Below are positions 25,680-39,410 of a DNA stretch of 57,890 bases, one piece after another. Under the pieces are notes generated by a model, which was given only the letters and a program-made list of their open reading frames with translations, had not been told where the DNA came from and did not search any database. Within the stretch, counting starts at the first letter, position 1. Each line of letters begins with the position of its first letter. Made by a program: the position numbers and the translations under genes. This DNA is from Octopus bimaculoides (lineage: Eukaryota): positions 97,120,521-97,178,410 of the forward strand of contig NC_068986.1 in assembly GCF_001194135.2 (NCBI RefSeq). The letters run 5' to 3'.

Positions 25680-27116
25680 GCCAGCATATTGCTATAAAAC
25701 AAGGTGCTGAAAATAACACTCAAATATTTGTATGCGTATGTTTGCGCGCGCGTGTGTACGATTGTGTGTGTACGTGTATATACATGTATATGCTTGCATA
25801 AAACATGGAGACAGGGCTGGTCAGCTTGCTATTCGTTCGTATGTAATTACAGCTTATAACAAGGTGACATATCTAATTATGGTACAGTTCAACTGCGTAA
25901 AACATGCACGGTTGCATACTAATATTTGTAAGGAACTATCTAAACACTATACAAATTTAACATACATAATAAACACCTACACACACGCACATACATACAA
26001 TATATATACAAGTACATACACATATGTATGCATGTATGCATAAGCAAAATAATATCAATAAATCTTTTTCTTGTGTTACACGCTGCGTAAGCTTCGATAA
26101 AATTGTGGAGTAGCAATATAATACTTTAAAAAAATGGATAAATGCATAAATAATTGTATACTAATTTGCTATTTCAGTATCGCTTCATGGGTTATCCGAT
26201 TTCTTTATGGGAGGTAAAACACGAGAAGATTATAAACGCAATGTTAAATGTTGAGGAAATATTTATCAACCTATGTAATTTATCGGCTGACATCGAAGGA
26301 TTTTCTTAAACGCTTGACTTGCTAGAAATACTAACAAACGCTCCTTTAAATTACAGCCGATGATATATAAATGTGTGCACGCGCGCGCACACGCACATAC
26401 GCAGACACGCACACACACTCACACACACATTTATATATAGTGAAAAGCTTCGCTGGAAAGATTTCCCCCCATGTGCTAATTTACATATATATATATGTAT
26501 GTATATATANNNNNNNNNNNNNNNNNNNNNNNNNNNNNNNNNNNNNNNNNNNNNNNNNNNNNNNNNNNNNNNNNNNNNNNNNNNNNNNNNNNNNNNNNNN
26601 NNNNNNNNNNNNNNNNNNNNNNNNNNNNNNNNNNNNNNNNNNNNNNNNNNNNNNNNNNNNNNNNNNNNNNNNNNNNNNNNNNNNNNNNNNNNNNNNNNNN
26701 NNNNNNNNNNNNNNNNNNNNNNNNNNNNNNNNNNNNNNNNNNNNNNNNNNNNNNNNNNNNNNNNNNNNNNNNNNNNNNNNNNNNNNNNNNNNNNNNNNNN
26801 NNNNNNNNNNNNNNNNNNNNNNNNNNNNNNNNNNNNNNNNNNNNNNNNNNNNNNNNNNNNNNNNNNNNNNNNNNNNNNNNNNNNNNNNNNNNNNNNNNNN
26901 NNNNNNNNNNNNNNNNNNNNNNNNNNNNNNNNNNNNNNNNNNNNNNNNNNNNNNNNNNNNNNNNNNNNNNNNNNNNNNNNNNNNNNNNNNNNNNNNNNNN
27001 NNNNNNNNNNNNNNNNNNNNNNNNNNNNNNNNNNNNNNNNNNNNNNNNNNNNNNNNNNNNNNNNNNNNNNNNNNNNNNNNNNNNNNNNNNNNNNNNNNNN
27101 NNNNNNNNNNNNNNNN

Positions 27117-27158
<42 letters not shown>
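27117..27158. repeat. (GA)n microsatellite
   Basis: Direct inspection. Confidence 0.95.
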
Positions 27159-27162
<4 letters not shown>

Positions 27163-29011
27163 GAGGGAAAGATAAAGGGAGAGAGAGAAAGCGTGTCATG
27201 AAAATCATTTACTAATGAAACAAAAATACTGAAACATGCTTGAAGAAAATGATTTAAAAAAAACTATTACCATTGCTCAGAATTGTTACTGCATTTCCAG
27301 TGATAAGACTCACATTGCATTCTAGTCTTAATTTCACTCAATTCAAATTCTGAGCTTGTCACATCTGCCATTTCGAGCTGAATTTATCCTTCTCAACACA
27401 GTTGTTGTAATGTTAATAAATGAAGACATCTTGGTTCATTGCATTAAGTATATTAGCGCTATTAGTGCCCTCATCGCTGATTGTTTTACATGAAGCAGAT
27501 GCCCCAGGGCATTTTCACCCAAGCTGTCTTTTAATGTCAACTCATCGTGTATCACTATATACTACACACTTCAAATGAATTACATACATCTTGTGTAAAT
27601 GAAACGATACTCGTTGCCGCTGCTTAATCCCAAGTCAGTCCATATTTGAGCTGAGATATGACCAACTCGATATGATTAGTATATACCAGTTATACTCATT
27701 TCATAACTTTTTCAGACACAGTGAACCTTGGCCTATACGGTCTAATATTTGGTAGCTATTTCTAGCAAACTTCGTGTGCAAATGAAGTTATTCTGTATTT
27801 AGAGTAATTATCTAATATGAATTAAGCTAAAACATGCTATATATAAATGTATTTATATTATGCTTCCACTTGGATATATTTAAATATTATCCTGCACCTG
27901 ATTTAACATTACCACTTGATATACCTTGACTAGCTTTCGTGGAATCCAATATTTTGCAAGCATTCGGGTCAGTTCTCCAGCTTGAGGAGAGCTTTGCCAT
28001 TTTTCCCCACCAATGTCAGAAGACAGGTAAAAGGCCTTAATAACTTCCTTCTCTCCTGATTAAAAGTAAAAATGAAATTTAGTATAGTGTGTGTCTTGTT
28101 GCTGTAGTCTAGGTCCAAGCCATATCAGATGAAAAGCATTGCAACCATATGCGTCATCGTTTTTATCCTTGATTTGCGGCATAATAATACCCCGGACTAC
28201 ATTATCCAATGCACCCCAGTCTTTTTAGAACGGATAGATATGATGTGGAAGGTCATGCAACTGCCTAAGGTTTCCCTCTAAACTCGTGTATATTATAGTT
28301 GTCAGTATTCGCAGTCATATTTATTATTGCATAGCCCTATGTCGATTTTGGTAGAATAAACAAACCAATGATAAAAAAAAAACACATTTTCGTCAAGATC
28401 TTCTCATGCTGACAATGACAGTATTTAATGCAAAGTACAAATGTACCTGTGGCTATGTAATTGATGCGGTTGACACAAGTACAGGTTTAACAAGTCATAA
28501 ATTGGTTTGGTGGAATTTGATATTAAAACCAATAGGAAAGTAACAATTTGTTGTATATGGTAATTTATCTTATACATGCTATTATTTCTTCTTAGTGACA
28601 TTTCCTCATGCTGAAATGTCAGATTGATGTATCACAAAATAAACTGCGCTACACTAGCAAATTACTTGAAATTATATACTTGTATTTTTTCTATTTGTCC
28701 ATGCCTGGAATTCAAGGTAGGCTCTACTATGCAGATTTCCAAACCTAACTTGCCAAAATAAGGAATACAGGAAATATGGATGTGGAATAAATTCTCTTCA
28801 TCAATCTTAACACGAAATATGTTTCTTTCCTTTCATTGCTACTTAATAATTGCCATTCGAAACTTCTAGGCATTTCAAAATTATACATGCACACATGTGA
28901 CTACCTACCTACCTACCTACCCACCTACCCACCTACCTACCTACCTACCTACCTACTTACCTACCTACCTACCTACCTACCTACCCACCTACCCACCTAC
29001 CTACCTATGTA

Positions 29012-29846
29012 CAGGATGCGACGGGTAAATTATTGCTATTTTATATTTTTTAATTTCGCGCATGCGCATTGTTTGTTTTTGATTTTGTCGACTGCACAGG
29101 GTCAGTTGGGCATCGTCTGTGAGAAAAACGGCATCATGATGTAATTCCCACTGCCAGAAATTTGGAAACGAGATGTACTGCTTGGCATTCGCGCCGGAAG
29201 CTCCAGTTTGAAAATTTCAGAGTGTTTGAGTGTCAGTTTGTGTCCCCAAAATATGTACCGAGTGTGATAAAAATACAGTCAACATCATGGTGTTTGGAGT
29301 GATCACTAGTGATGCCTCCATTCATCTTCCCACACGACCTCGGACTCAACACGAGGCCTACAGCAAGTATCTGGAGGAGGTAGTGTTGCCATGGGTGGCT
29401 GCTGGAAGTGCCTATGTCTGGCAACAGGACTCTACACCATGCAACGCAAGCAGGAGACCTCAGTCATGGCTGTCAGACAATTTCCGCAACCACATCACCC
29501 CTACGATCTGACCATCTAACTCCCCAGACTGTAACACCCTTGATTATTATGTGTGCGGCGCAGTTGAGTGAGAGACCAACAAAACTCGTTGAAATACAAA
29601 AGATGAACTGAAGGCAAGGATTATGGCAGCATTCACCAGCTTAAATGAGGAGACTGTTCAGAAGAGTTGCAGGAGATTCCGAAGTCGTCTGGAGGCCGTG
29701 GCTGAAGGCAATGGTGATTTTATTGAATAAATTTAGTATTTCAAGATATTTTAATGTAATTTCGATAAATATATCTGTTAAAATGAGATATCAGTGTTAC
29801 TTTTATTTTTGCGTAATTTAGACGACAGTTTATTCACTGCACTAAG
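29012..29846 (+). mobile_element. Tc1/mariner DD37D (maT/mori-type) element, internally deleted
   Basis: WQQDSTPC...W.SNSPDCNTLDYY with 37 residues between the second and third Asp (counting a TGA as W). C-terminus FRSRLEAVAEGNGDFIE*. Imperfect TIRs ta|caggatgcg... and ...ctgcactaag|ta. The middle of the ORF, including the first Asp, is missing. Confidence 0.85.
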
Positions 29847-29983
29847 TACGTATGTGTGTGTGTGCATGTATATATATATGTCTTTACTGTGTATGCATTC
29901 CGTATACTATTACTCGTGCTTAACTTTTCACTTGCGCTCTTAGTTTTAAAATGTTATTTTATAATTAATCCAAATAATGTATC

Positions 29984-30065
<82 letters not shown>
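29984..30065. repeat. (CTA)n microsatellite
   Basis: Direct inspection. Confidence 0.95.
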
Positions 30066-30068
<3 letters not shown>

Positions 30069-31313
30069 CATCGCATCATGCCTGCTACCATGATGACGTA
30101 ATGTTATGAACATTTATTTCCGCGCTTCTAGAACCTACGCTTACTTTTTTAATTTTTTCTCATTATTCACAAACTCTCCTCCCTTACACTACATTCTCAT
30201 CATCATATATTAGTTGTAATATCACACCTTTACTGTTTGACAAGTCACTCTTAGTAAAACATTAAAGTCACCTGCATTTTTCTTCATAATAAGATTAGCA
30301 CTTCCTTGTTTCTATTGATTACTTCAATTAATGTTCTTGACGTTTTAGTTTTAAGAAAACGTGTAACAGCCCCCCCCCCCCACCTCCACACACAGTGTCT
30401 CTCTCTTTCTCACATCCACACACATCCACAGGAAATCGGAAACACACGCAAACGCGCACGCACAGTTTTGTTTAGGATTTTATGTTTTGCTGCTATCTGC
30501 GTGATTATGCGTCAATTTCAGTATACGTTTGCTTGCTTTTTGTTTGTGGGAATTTGCTATACCATTATTTATCGTTGTATCTTTGCACAACTCATTAGTT
30601 CCTTCTTTGTGTCTGCGAATATGAATAAATTATGCGTGAATTTTATAGTGTTTTAAACCAGAGTGTAGCCTACAGGTCTAAACCACGTGGATGTCGTGTG
30701 TGTAATGAGCTCAATATAGTACGAAGCCTTTCAAGAAACTAACAAAAACACAAGCATTCTATTATATATCCATAATCAATTAAATCATTTAGCAGAAATC
30801 ACCAAGTAGGCACCAATAGAATCATGAGCCAGCACAGAATAAACACAGTAAACTACTTCGAGGTCAATGTGTCAATGTGTCACACTTTTACAACTTATTC
30901 CTAGAGGCCGTAGCCCAACATATACCATTTTGGAATCATGCTGACTCCGTCAGTAAATTAAAAACATTTCAGGCGGAATCCGGACCCACAGTCCTGAAAT
31001 TTGGATTCCCAAAAAAGGATAAAATTCTTTTACAAGAATTTTATCAAGAAGCCAGTGTGTAAAAAAAAAATTCATAAGGGAAATATCTATTCCCAAGAAT
31101 ATAATTATTCGTTTNNNNNNNNNNNNNNNNNNNNNNNNNNNNNNNNNNNNNNNNNNNNNNNNNNNNNNNNNNNNNNNNNNNNNNNNNNNNNNNNNNNNNN
31201 NNNNNNNNNNNNNNNNNNNNNNNNNNNNNNNNNNNNNNNNNNNNNNNNNNNNNNNNNNNNNNNNNNNNNNNNNNNNNNNNNNNNNNNNNNNNNNNNNNNN
31301 NNNNNNNNNNNNN

Positions 31314-31369
<56 letters not shown>

Positions 31370-31585
31370 TAATAACGGATAATCATAAATACCCGTTCAA
31401 GAAATATTGGTAAAGTCTTGCCAGATCACATGATTCAGTTAGTATGCAGCCTTCCAAACCCAAACCAAATCATGTCGGAAAGCCGACGCTAGAACCGTAC
31501 AGACATGTTTCTACTCTTTAACTAACTCCAATGTGTCCTACTGCTGACGACTATTAATTTTTTTTTTAATATTTGCAACCCAACT

Positions 31586-31800
31586 GAAGTGAGCTGGTAG
31601 AATCGTTAGCCCTTCGAGAAGATATTTAGCAGTATTTCGTCCGTTTCTACGTTTTAAATTTGAATGTTGCGGAGCCTGACCTTGACTTTCTTGCCTTTTA
31701 GATTCGATAAAACAAGTAGCTGTTGAGCTCAGTGGTCGATGTAATCCACTTAACTCCTGCCCCAAGTTCGCTGGCCTTGTAGTTAAATTTGAATCCAATA
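31586..31800 (+). mobile_element. Diverged SINE (family of 44640-45039)
   Basis: GAGCTGGTAGAATCGTTAGC...TTAGCAGTATTTCGTCCG...TCGATAAAACAAGTA...GGTCGATGTAATC...GGCCTTGT aligns with the reverse complement of 44640-45039. Confidence 0.75.
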
Positions 31801-33083
31801 TTTAAAATCTGGTATTTTGAACTGAAATTACTCCCGGTATTCTAGCTAGTGTTCAAGGCAATACTTAAAGCAGATTTTTCCTTAAGAAATAATTTAATTT
31901 GAATAGACATACGATAGAATTCATTCCACCTATGACCATCACCTTATTTTGTATATCAGGATTACTTTGGTGCTCCAGAGGAGGTGATTCTGACCGATAA
32001 AATCCCTAATCAAGGACGCTCGTAACTAACGTTTGTGACCACAAATTTGTTCTAAATAAAAATAAACGAATTTTTCTAACTACAATTCGAGAAATTTCTA
32101 TCCTGTGTCATCTCATTATGATGCTGAAATCCGCTAAATATTAGAATAATCGATTCTGACACAGAACAACCCTTATTTGAAATAGTCAAGATCCTGTCTA
32201 AGACACCCCAAATAGGAATTAGGATCAAAATATCCAGCTTTCTTTGAAGGTTGATGAGCACAATTTCTTAAGCTTCATTTAATATTTTAAGACAGTGGAA
32301 GATCTAGTATGAATGGTTGCTATTCCTAGCAGTTCGACCGACTGCATAGAACAGTGATGGTGAAGTTTGAAGTTTTAACTTGGAGCGTGGGACGTTTGTT
32401 CCTTTAATAACCCTCCCATTAGAGTGTGAATTACATGTATACACGTATTTTAGTTTGACTTAATTGTTCATAACCAAGTATTCTGTTTAACATGATATCA
32501 CAGAGAGATTTATGTTTTCAAAAACAATCACATGTCAACGGAAAACTTTTGACGTATTATAGCGTCATTACCTCAATCATAGAAACTCATTCATTGGCTT
32601 GCTTTTCTACTGTATATATTTTTGTATGTCTGTGTGTGTGTGTGTATGTGTGTGTGTGTATGTGTGTGTGCATATGTGTGTGTGTTTGTATGTGTTTGTG
32701 TGTGCATGTGTACGCCGCATAGCAAATATAATATGGTAACTTTTACCATGCTTACTCTTATGCTCTGAAGCGTCTACGTAGTCGCATGCAATTATAAATA
32801 CATAAGTTCATAGAGAATATGACATATGAAGAAAAGAGGCTGCGACAGCACTACGTTGCTATTCATTTCAGTTAGCCGATGCTATTGCTTAAATTTCTTA
32901 TAAAATTCTCTCCAATATGATTCCATTCATCTGACTGTGGATACATTCTGCGCCTACAGAACTTAGTGTAATGTAAAGATGAGTTAACCTCTCCTTAATA
33001 ACTTACGACTTCAACTAAATGTGTTGAATACTAATTTGTTTGTTAACCCATCTGAGCGTTGATATCTTCACAAACACACACAC

Positions 33084-33116
<33 letters not shown>

Positions 33117-33523
33117 TGCATATATATACATGTATGCATACACGCGTACTTATTAGTTTTAAAGGTCTTTTATTTGTAATGTTATCTTTCTATTTTATGA
33201 CGATTTAGCTACTATTTCTTGTGGGTTTTGTAACCACCAGGTGGTCTATTATCATCTGGTTGACGAAAATGCTTCCTAATTACATTATGTTGGCACTGCT
33301 CCCACCGGACAAAAGCAATGCAAGCAGTATCTCGATGTATTTACATCTATTAGGGTAAATGGAAAATTCACTGATTATGGATAAATAGTAATCCGGTAAA
33401 AGATAGAAAAATCGATATTTGTCTTAAGAACGAGGTCCACGCAATGCGTTGGATAACGGAAACATTATAATTACAATCAACAGAAACCTCATGTCAAACG
33501 AAAATATACGTGTGTATGAGGGT

Positions 33524-33568
<45 letters not shown>

Positions 33569-33665
33569 GGACGTATACGCATGTAAGCACATACACACAC
33601 ACACAATATTCACACAAAGATACACCGGGAGAAAAGTGTAATACACACACACTTTTGCATGCATG

Positions 33666-33721
<56 letters not shown>

Positions 33722-33917
33722 NNNNNNNNNNNNNNNNNNNNNNNNNNNNNNNNNNNNNNNNNNNNNNNNNNNNNNNNNNNNNNNNNNNNNNNNNNNNNNN
33801 NNNNNNNNNNNNNNNNNNNNNNNNNNNNNNNNNNNNNNNNNNNNNNNNNNNNATATATATATATATATATATATATACATACATGCATGCATACGTGCTG
33901 TGTGGTGTGTGTGTTTG

Positions 33918-34010
33918 TAAAGGCGTGTGGCCTACAGGTTATGGTTTTTCTTCACAATCGTCAGGTTGTTGTTTCGATTCTGGACCGGGTGACGCATTGT
34001 GTTTAAGAAT
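33918..34010 (+). mobile_element. Degraded tRNA-like SINE head
   Basis: AAGGCGTGTGGCCTACAGGTTA...CACAATCGTCAGGTT...GTTTCGATTCTGGACCGGG aligns loosely with 57584-57660. Confidence 0.5.
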
Positions 34011-34415
34011 GTCACTGCAGTCCAGCCAGTGGGATATGACTGCTAGCGGTTATACGGATGAACTCTATGCTGAAAAAGTTTCCCGTACAAGAGAGGGACT
34101 TGCCCTTCCAGCTTTTTAAAAGCCCTGGAATTCAGGATAATCTCCACTACACTTGTGTGTGTGTTTGTATGTGAAAGTTAAACATGTCAACCTACTACAT
34201 ACATATACACACACAAACGCACACATACGCACACACATGCACACACACACACACATACACACACACAGACACACACACACACAACTAAATTATGTAGTTG
34301 ATGTTCTCATGCAAGTCATGGAAACAACGACTGCTTGTAGGAGGTGATATTTTTGGTATAATAGTAAGCGGGTGTACAGTAGTAATATCAGTAAACCGAG
34401 TACCAAGTTTAAAGA

Positions 34416-34422
<7 letters not shown>

Positions 34423-34500
<78 letters not shown>
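34423..34500. repeat. (GA)n microsatellite
   Basis: Direct inspection. Confidence 0.95.
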
Positions 34501-34504
<4 letters not shown>

Positions 34505-34699
34505 TGTAGCTGTGATATTCCATTTTGAGATCTACATGATCATCGATATGGTTAGGTATACAATACAGTCTGCATTCTTTCGGAAAGAAGCGAATATGAG
34601 GTTGCCATGTATATGTTGTCGAAAAAGTCACACAGTTGACAGGAGTTTAACGCACTGAAATATCAAACTAATCCGTATACATGATGGCTTCCAATCCAA

Positions 34700-36450
34700 C
34701 AAACTCAATCCTACTGATAATTCCTATGCCTGTTTATAGATCAAACAAAATCGAAATCGTGTTGTTCACAATATTCAGAATTTCGTGTACGTCTGGTATA
34801 TAAGGTCGGAGCTGTAGGAGTTGTAAGAAATGATGGGGCTGGTCACTAAGTTCACTCTTGGATGGCAAGTACAGAAATACTGAGAGAAATGCCGTCTTAT
34901 CTAAAAGTGTATCTATCATGCTTGACTAAGGTGGAATCAAGTTCATAGACGGTGAGGTTGACATATTCATGGAAACTGTCTTATTAATGTGAGGATCGTA
35001 CCCGGCACATTTTAAATAGAGTTAATTCTATGCTAAGGGAACGGGTTCATATGTCACAATGAGATGATTGATAGAAGTTTGATATTTTTAATGATATAAT
35101 TTCGTTTAATTCTTTCAGAAAGTTCCAGATGTTTGTGCTAATCATGTTGGTGGTATTTTCTAGGCGTGTAGGTACGACGTCATTTGCATTTTCATAATAC
35201 GCAGCCTTGGCGATCGTTAGGTTATGTTCGATCGTTAGGTTAGTGTACGTGTTCTAATCGATAAGGCAGAGTTCCTCCAGTTGTCCAAATTGAGGTGTAT
35301 GATAGATTGGGAAGATGCAGAATTGCAAATTAGAAAGGCTCGTGAATGTGTGGAGTGTTTCTCTAAGGTATTGCAGCTGAAATATTTGAGTTTCGACATT
35401 TTAAGATTAACTTCGATGTTGTTTAAGGTGGAGGCTGTGTAGGACGTAAATCGACATATAGGTTAGGGTATGATGAATTTGTGAGGAAATATCAATTTAT
35501 TCCGTAGACAGTTTTCAAAATGTATTTTCTATATCAGCTTTAAGCTTGTTGTTAAGTCATGTTCAAATTTAATGAAATTTAGCGAACATTAATGGTTTAG
35601 TGTACGTCTGGTGTGTAAGGTCGGAGACGTAGGAGTTACAAAAAATGATATGGTTGGTCACTAAGTTTTCTGTTGGATGCGCAAGTGAAATAGAGCCAGT
35701 TAAATCCACGACAAGTGGTTGAGAAGTTACGATGGGCAGTACGTCTATGATGTTGTTAGCAGAGCTGGTATGACTGTTATCGCTGTTATTGCTGTCAAAA
35801 CGGTTGTGGCAGAAAACAAAGGTGTCGCAGTGCACAAGCTAAATCCAAGAAATTTATGCCGAGCACGTTTCTTACCAAGGACCAAATCGACAGCCGCAGT
35901 ACAGGAAAATAGCATCTAGTTTGCGTGATAATATTGTGCATGGAAATTGTTAAAGTTTTAATTTGAATCTAAAAATCTCTTGTAAGTATTGATGGAATTG
36001 TGCATGAAATTGTTGCAAAGTTTATGAATAACGATATTTCATAGGAAAGTTTTAGTTTGGCAAAGTAAAACGTTAAGGTTGGTAAATGTTTGTATGACGG
36101 TGAACATTGCGTTTCAAGTAATGTTTTAGGAAATTAATCCGCCAGCGGATCTATCTTAGCGACACATCGAATAAGTTCTTTATGATGATAAATATAGTCT
36201 GTCGTAGACTTAATGATATTAGAGTAGTAAAATTTATTTGCAGCTTTGTGAAAAGTTAAAGTGATTTGGCAAGACAATGCAATGTAATCTGGAACGAAAA
36301 GAGTGAAAATAAAAGAGAAATTAAGACAATAGAGATCGAAATTAGACCGATCTTCGGTGATATGTGGAATAAATAAAACGGCTATGACGGGTCAAAGTTG
36401 CTAAACTTGAAATTAGCTAATTAGGCTGTTGCAATTCCTGTATGTTATTG
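34700..36450 (-). mobile_element. Probable ancient PLE N-terminal/RT-proximal remnant with an internal direct repeat
   Basis: Minus-strand fragments LVTSPIISYNSY and LVTNHIIFCNSY (RPIIS..NS-like), LID*NTY...AYYE...PT and HHKELIRC...FPK resemble PLE pre-RT motifs. Many stops. Confidence 0.35.
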
Positions 36451-36506
36451 ATTGCATGGAGCTTGAGATTTTTTTGATTTAATGAGAATAAACTTTTTAA
36501 TTATTA

Positions 36507-36785
36507 CATGAGGGTGGGCTGAAAAGTTCATAGGCTAACTTCTAATTTATCTCCAACATGAAAAAACATTTCACCGGGAACCAGTATTGTAGTGATGATG
36601 AGTTCAAATCTGCTGTTGACATTTTTGACTAACAATAAAGCTTCTTTCTTCACCAATGAGATCCAAGCATTGCAACACTGATGGAATAAATGAGGACTGC
36701 CAGGTGGACTATGTTGAAAAAAGTAAACCTTATTTAGTGACATTCCATGAGATTAACTTACTATAAACTTTACAGCCAACTCTCG
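36507..36785 (+). mobile_element. mariner-derived MITE (~280 bp)
   Basis: TIRs tgagggtgggctgaaaagttcatagg / ctataaactttacagccaactctcg|ta. The interior is only the transposase C-terminus (NMKKHFTGNQYCSDDEFKSAV...IQALQH*WNK...DYVEK). Confidence 0.8.
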
Positions 36786-37414
36786 TATTAGTAACTTTTC
36801 TTTTTCTGACAACGCAGATGCCCGGCCTCTTCTGGTTTCAACATTTCACCAGATATTTTCTAGTAAACAGCATTTGTGCAAATGCGTTTCTTTACACGGA
36901 TGTATAGTTTGTGAAATATAATGCCAAAGTAAAGTCTATTGCATTCACCACGTAGTAGGTTGTACACATAATACTTGCTAAACAGTACATATATAGGACA
37001 TTACCTATTTCGTAACTTCAAACATACTCACATATGTATTGGTGGGCGTGAATTTGTGAGTGTCAGTTCTTTAACACAAAGTTCCCTTGATTATAGATAT
37101 ATTATATTGTATTGTTTCCATTACCTGCGTCTCACTCAAATACAAATATCGATTTTTCAATTCTTCTTCCTGAATGCTATCTATTCATAATCACCGAATC
37201 TTCCGCTCGCTATACACCAAGAGCGCAGTTTACAAAGTACTTCCGATGGGAGTACTGGCAATAGTTTACAAATAATGAAACATTACCATCAGCCATCTAA
37301 TGCTTGAGCCTTCTCAACATTGCTGGATCATTAAAAAGGCCAAACAACTCACTATAAAATCATACTCGAGCTGTCTTAAAAATGAAGATCATTTTAGATT
37401 ATGTAGATCTATCA

Positions 37415-37478
<64 letters not shown>

Positions 37479-38610
37479 GGACCTATGGACAACTTCCAGA
37501 GATCCCTGGCTTGGCAGTGCTATCGAGAAGCACTACCCGTTCGGGATAAGCTCTACAGGCATGGCTCGAGAAACACGGGGCCGACCTGTCCGAGATGCGG
37601 ACAGAGCGACGAAACCGTTCTGCACGCACTCGTACAGTGTCCCACCATTTCCGAGCTGTGGGCTTACGTCGAACAANNNNNNNNNNNNNNNNNNNNNNNN
37701 NNNNNNNNNNNNNNNNNNNNNNNNNNNNNNNNNNNNNNNNNNNNNNNNNNNNNNNNNNNNNNNNNNNNNNNNNNNNNNNNNNNNNNNNNNNNNNNNNNNN
37801 NNNNNNNNNNNNNNNNNNNNNNNNNNNNNNNNNNNNNNNNNNNNNNNNNNNNNNNNNNNNNNNNNNNNNNNNNNNNNNNNNNNNNNNNNNNNNNNNNNNN
37901 NNNNNNNNNNNNNNNNNNNNNNNNNNNNNNNNNNNNNNNNNNNNNNNNNNNNNNNNNNNNNNNNNNNNNNNNNNNNNNNNNNNNNNNNNNNNNNNNNNNN
38001 NNNNNNNNNNNNNNNNNNNNNNNNNNNNNNNNNNNNNNNNNNNNNNNNNNNNNNNNNNNNNNNNNNNNNNNNNNNNNNNNNNNNNNNNNNNNNNNNNNNN
38101 NNNNNNNNNNNNNNNNNNNNNNNNNNNNNNNNNNNNNNNNNNNNNNNNNNNNNNNNNNNNNNNNNNNNNNNNNNNNNNNNNNNNNNNNNNNNNNNNNNNN
38201 NNNNNNNNNNNNNNNNNNNNNNNNNNNNNNNNNNNNNNNNNNNNNNNNNNNNNNNNNNNNNNNNNNNNNNNNNNNNNNNNNNNNNNNNNNNNNNNNNNNN
38301 NNNNNNNNNNATGACAACATTGAACAAAGTTACCGTGGTCTTTTCCGTAGGCTTTTCTTTCCACGGCTAAACCTAAACTGTCCTCCTCTCTTTTTATACG
38401 AGAACATTACTGTGATACACGATCCCTATTGATCGCTTTTATTTTTTTTCTTTTCTCTCGCCCCCTTTTGATCGAACTCCCCCCTTTTCCCCTTCCTACG
38501 ATCCCTTTTGATCGACACACCCCTATTTTTTTCTACCCCCTCCCAAAAAGAAAAGCTCTACATTGTATTTGTCCCATCTTTGTTGAGCCCTGTGTGGCTA
38601 ATAAAATAAA
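37479..38610 (+). mobile_element. 5'-truncated Tx1/L1-clade LINE (CCHC finger and 3' UTR, interrupted by a gap)
   Basis: MDNFQRSLAWQCYREALPVRDKL...CPRCGQSDETVLHALVQC gives a C-x2-C-x8-H-x4-C zf-RVT motif. After the gap (37677-38310) comes a pyrimidine-rich UTR ending ctaataaaataaa. Linking the two sides across the gap is inferred. Confidence 0.8.
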
Positions 38611-39335
38611 TGTATGTATGTATGTATCTATCTATCTATCTATCTATCTATCTGTTTGTCTGTCTGTCGGTCTGTCTGTCTATTTTACTCTCTTTCTCGC
38701 ATTCTCTCTCTCCCCCCAACACACAGAGACACACACGCACACACAAATATATATTTACATCCACAGACACATTAATGGCAGAAAAAACGAAAGTTGTATA
38801 AACTCATGCAGATGGAGTTTTAAGTATTTAATAAGTTTTTTAAGATCTAGTATTTGATAAGTTGTCTCAGCGTAGACGCAGATGTANNNNNNNNNNNNNN
38901 NNNNNNNNNNNNNNNNNNNNNNNNNNNNNNNNNNNNNNNNNNNNNNNNNNNNNNNNNNNNNNNNNNNNNNNNNNNNNNNNNNNNNNNNNNNNNNNNNNNN
39001 NNNNNNNNNNNNNNNNNNNNNNNNNNNNNNNNNNNNNNNNNNNNNNNNNNNNNNNNNNNNNNNNNNNNNNNNNNNNNNNNNNNNNNNNNNNNNNNNNNNN
39101 NNNNNNNNNNNNNNNNNNNNNNNNNNNNNNNNNNNNNNNNNNNNNNNNNNNNNNNNNNNNNNNNNNNNNNNNNNNNNNNNNNNNNNNNNNNNNNNNNNNN
39201 NNNNNNNNNNNNNNNNNNNNNNNNNNNNNNNNNNNNNNNNNNNNNNNNNNNNNNNNNNNNNNNNNNNNNNNNNNNNNNNNNNNNNNNNNNNNNNNNNNNN
39301 NNNNNNNNNNNNNNNNNNNNNNCAAACTCCTCCAA

Positions 39336-39410
39336 CCAGCCCAGCCTGCATTCAGGGACATGTTTCTGAGTCTTTGCTCGTCATCAGCCTGAAGTAGCAC
39401 GGCGGGCTAG
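39336..39410 (-). ncRNA. Minimal type I hammerhead ribozyme (probably PLE/retrozyme-associated; stem II degenerate)
   Basis: Minus strand: ...cuUCAGG CUGAUGA cgagcaaagacuca GAAAC AU GUC^CCUGAA... The core boxes are intact, stem I is UUCAGG/CCUGAA with further distal pairing, and stem III is the palindromic ACAUGU. Confidence 0.75.
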
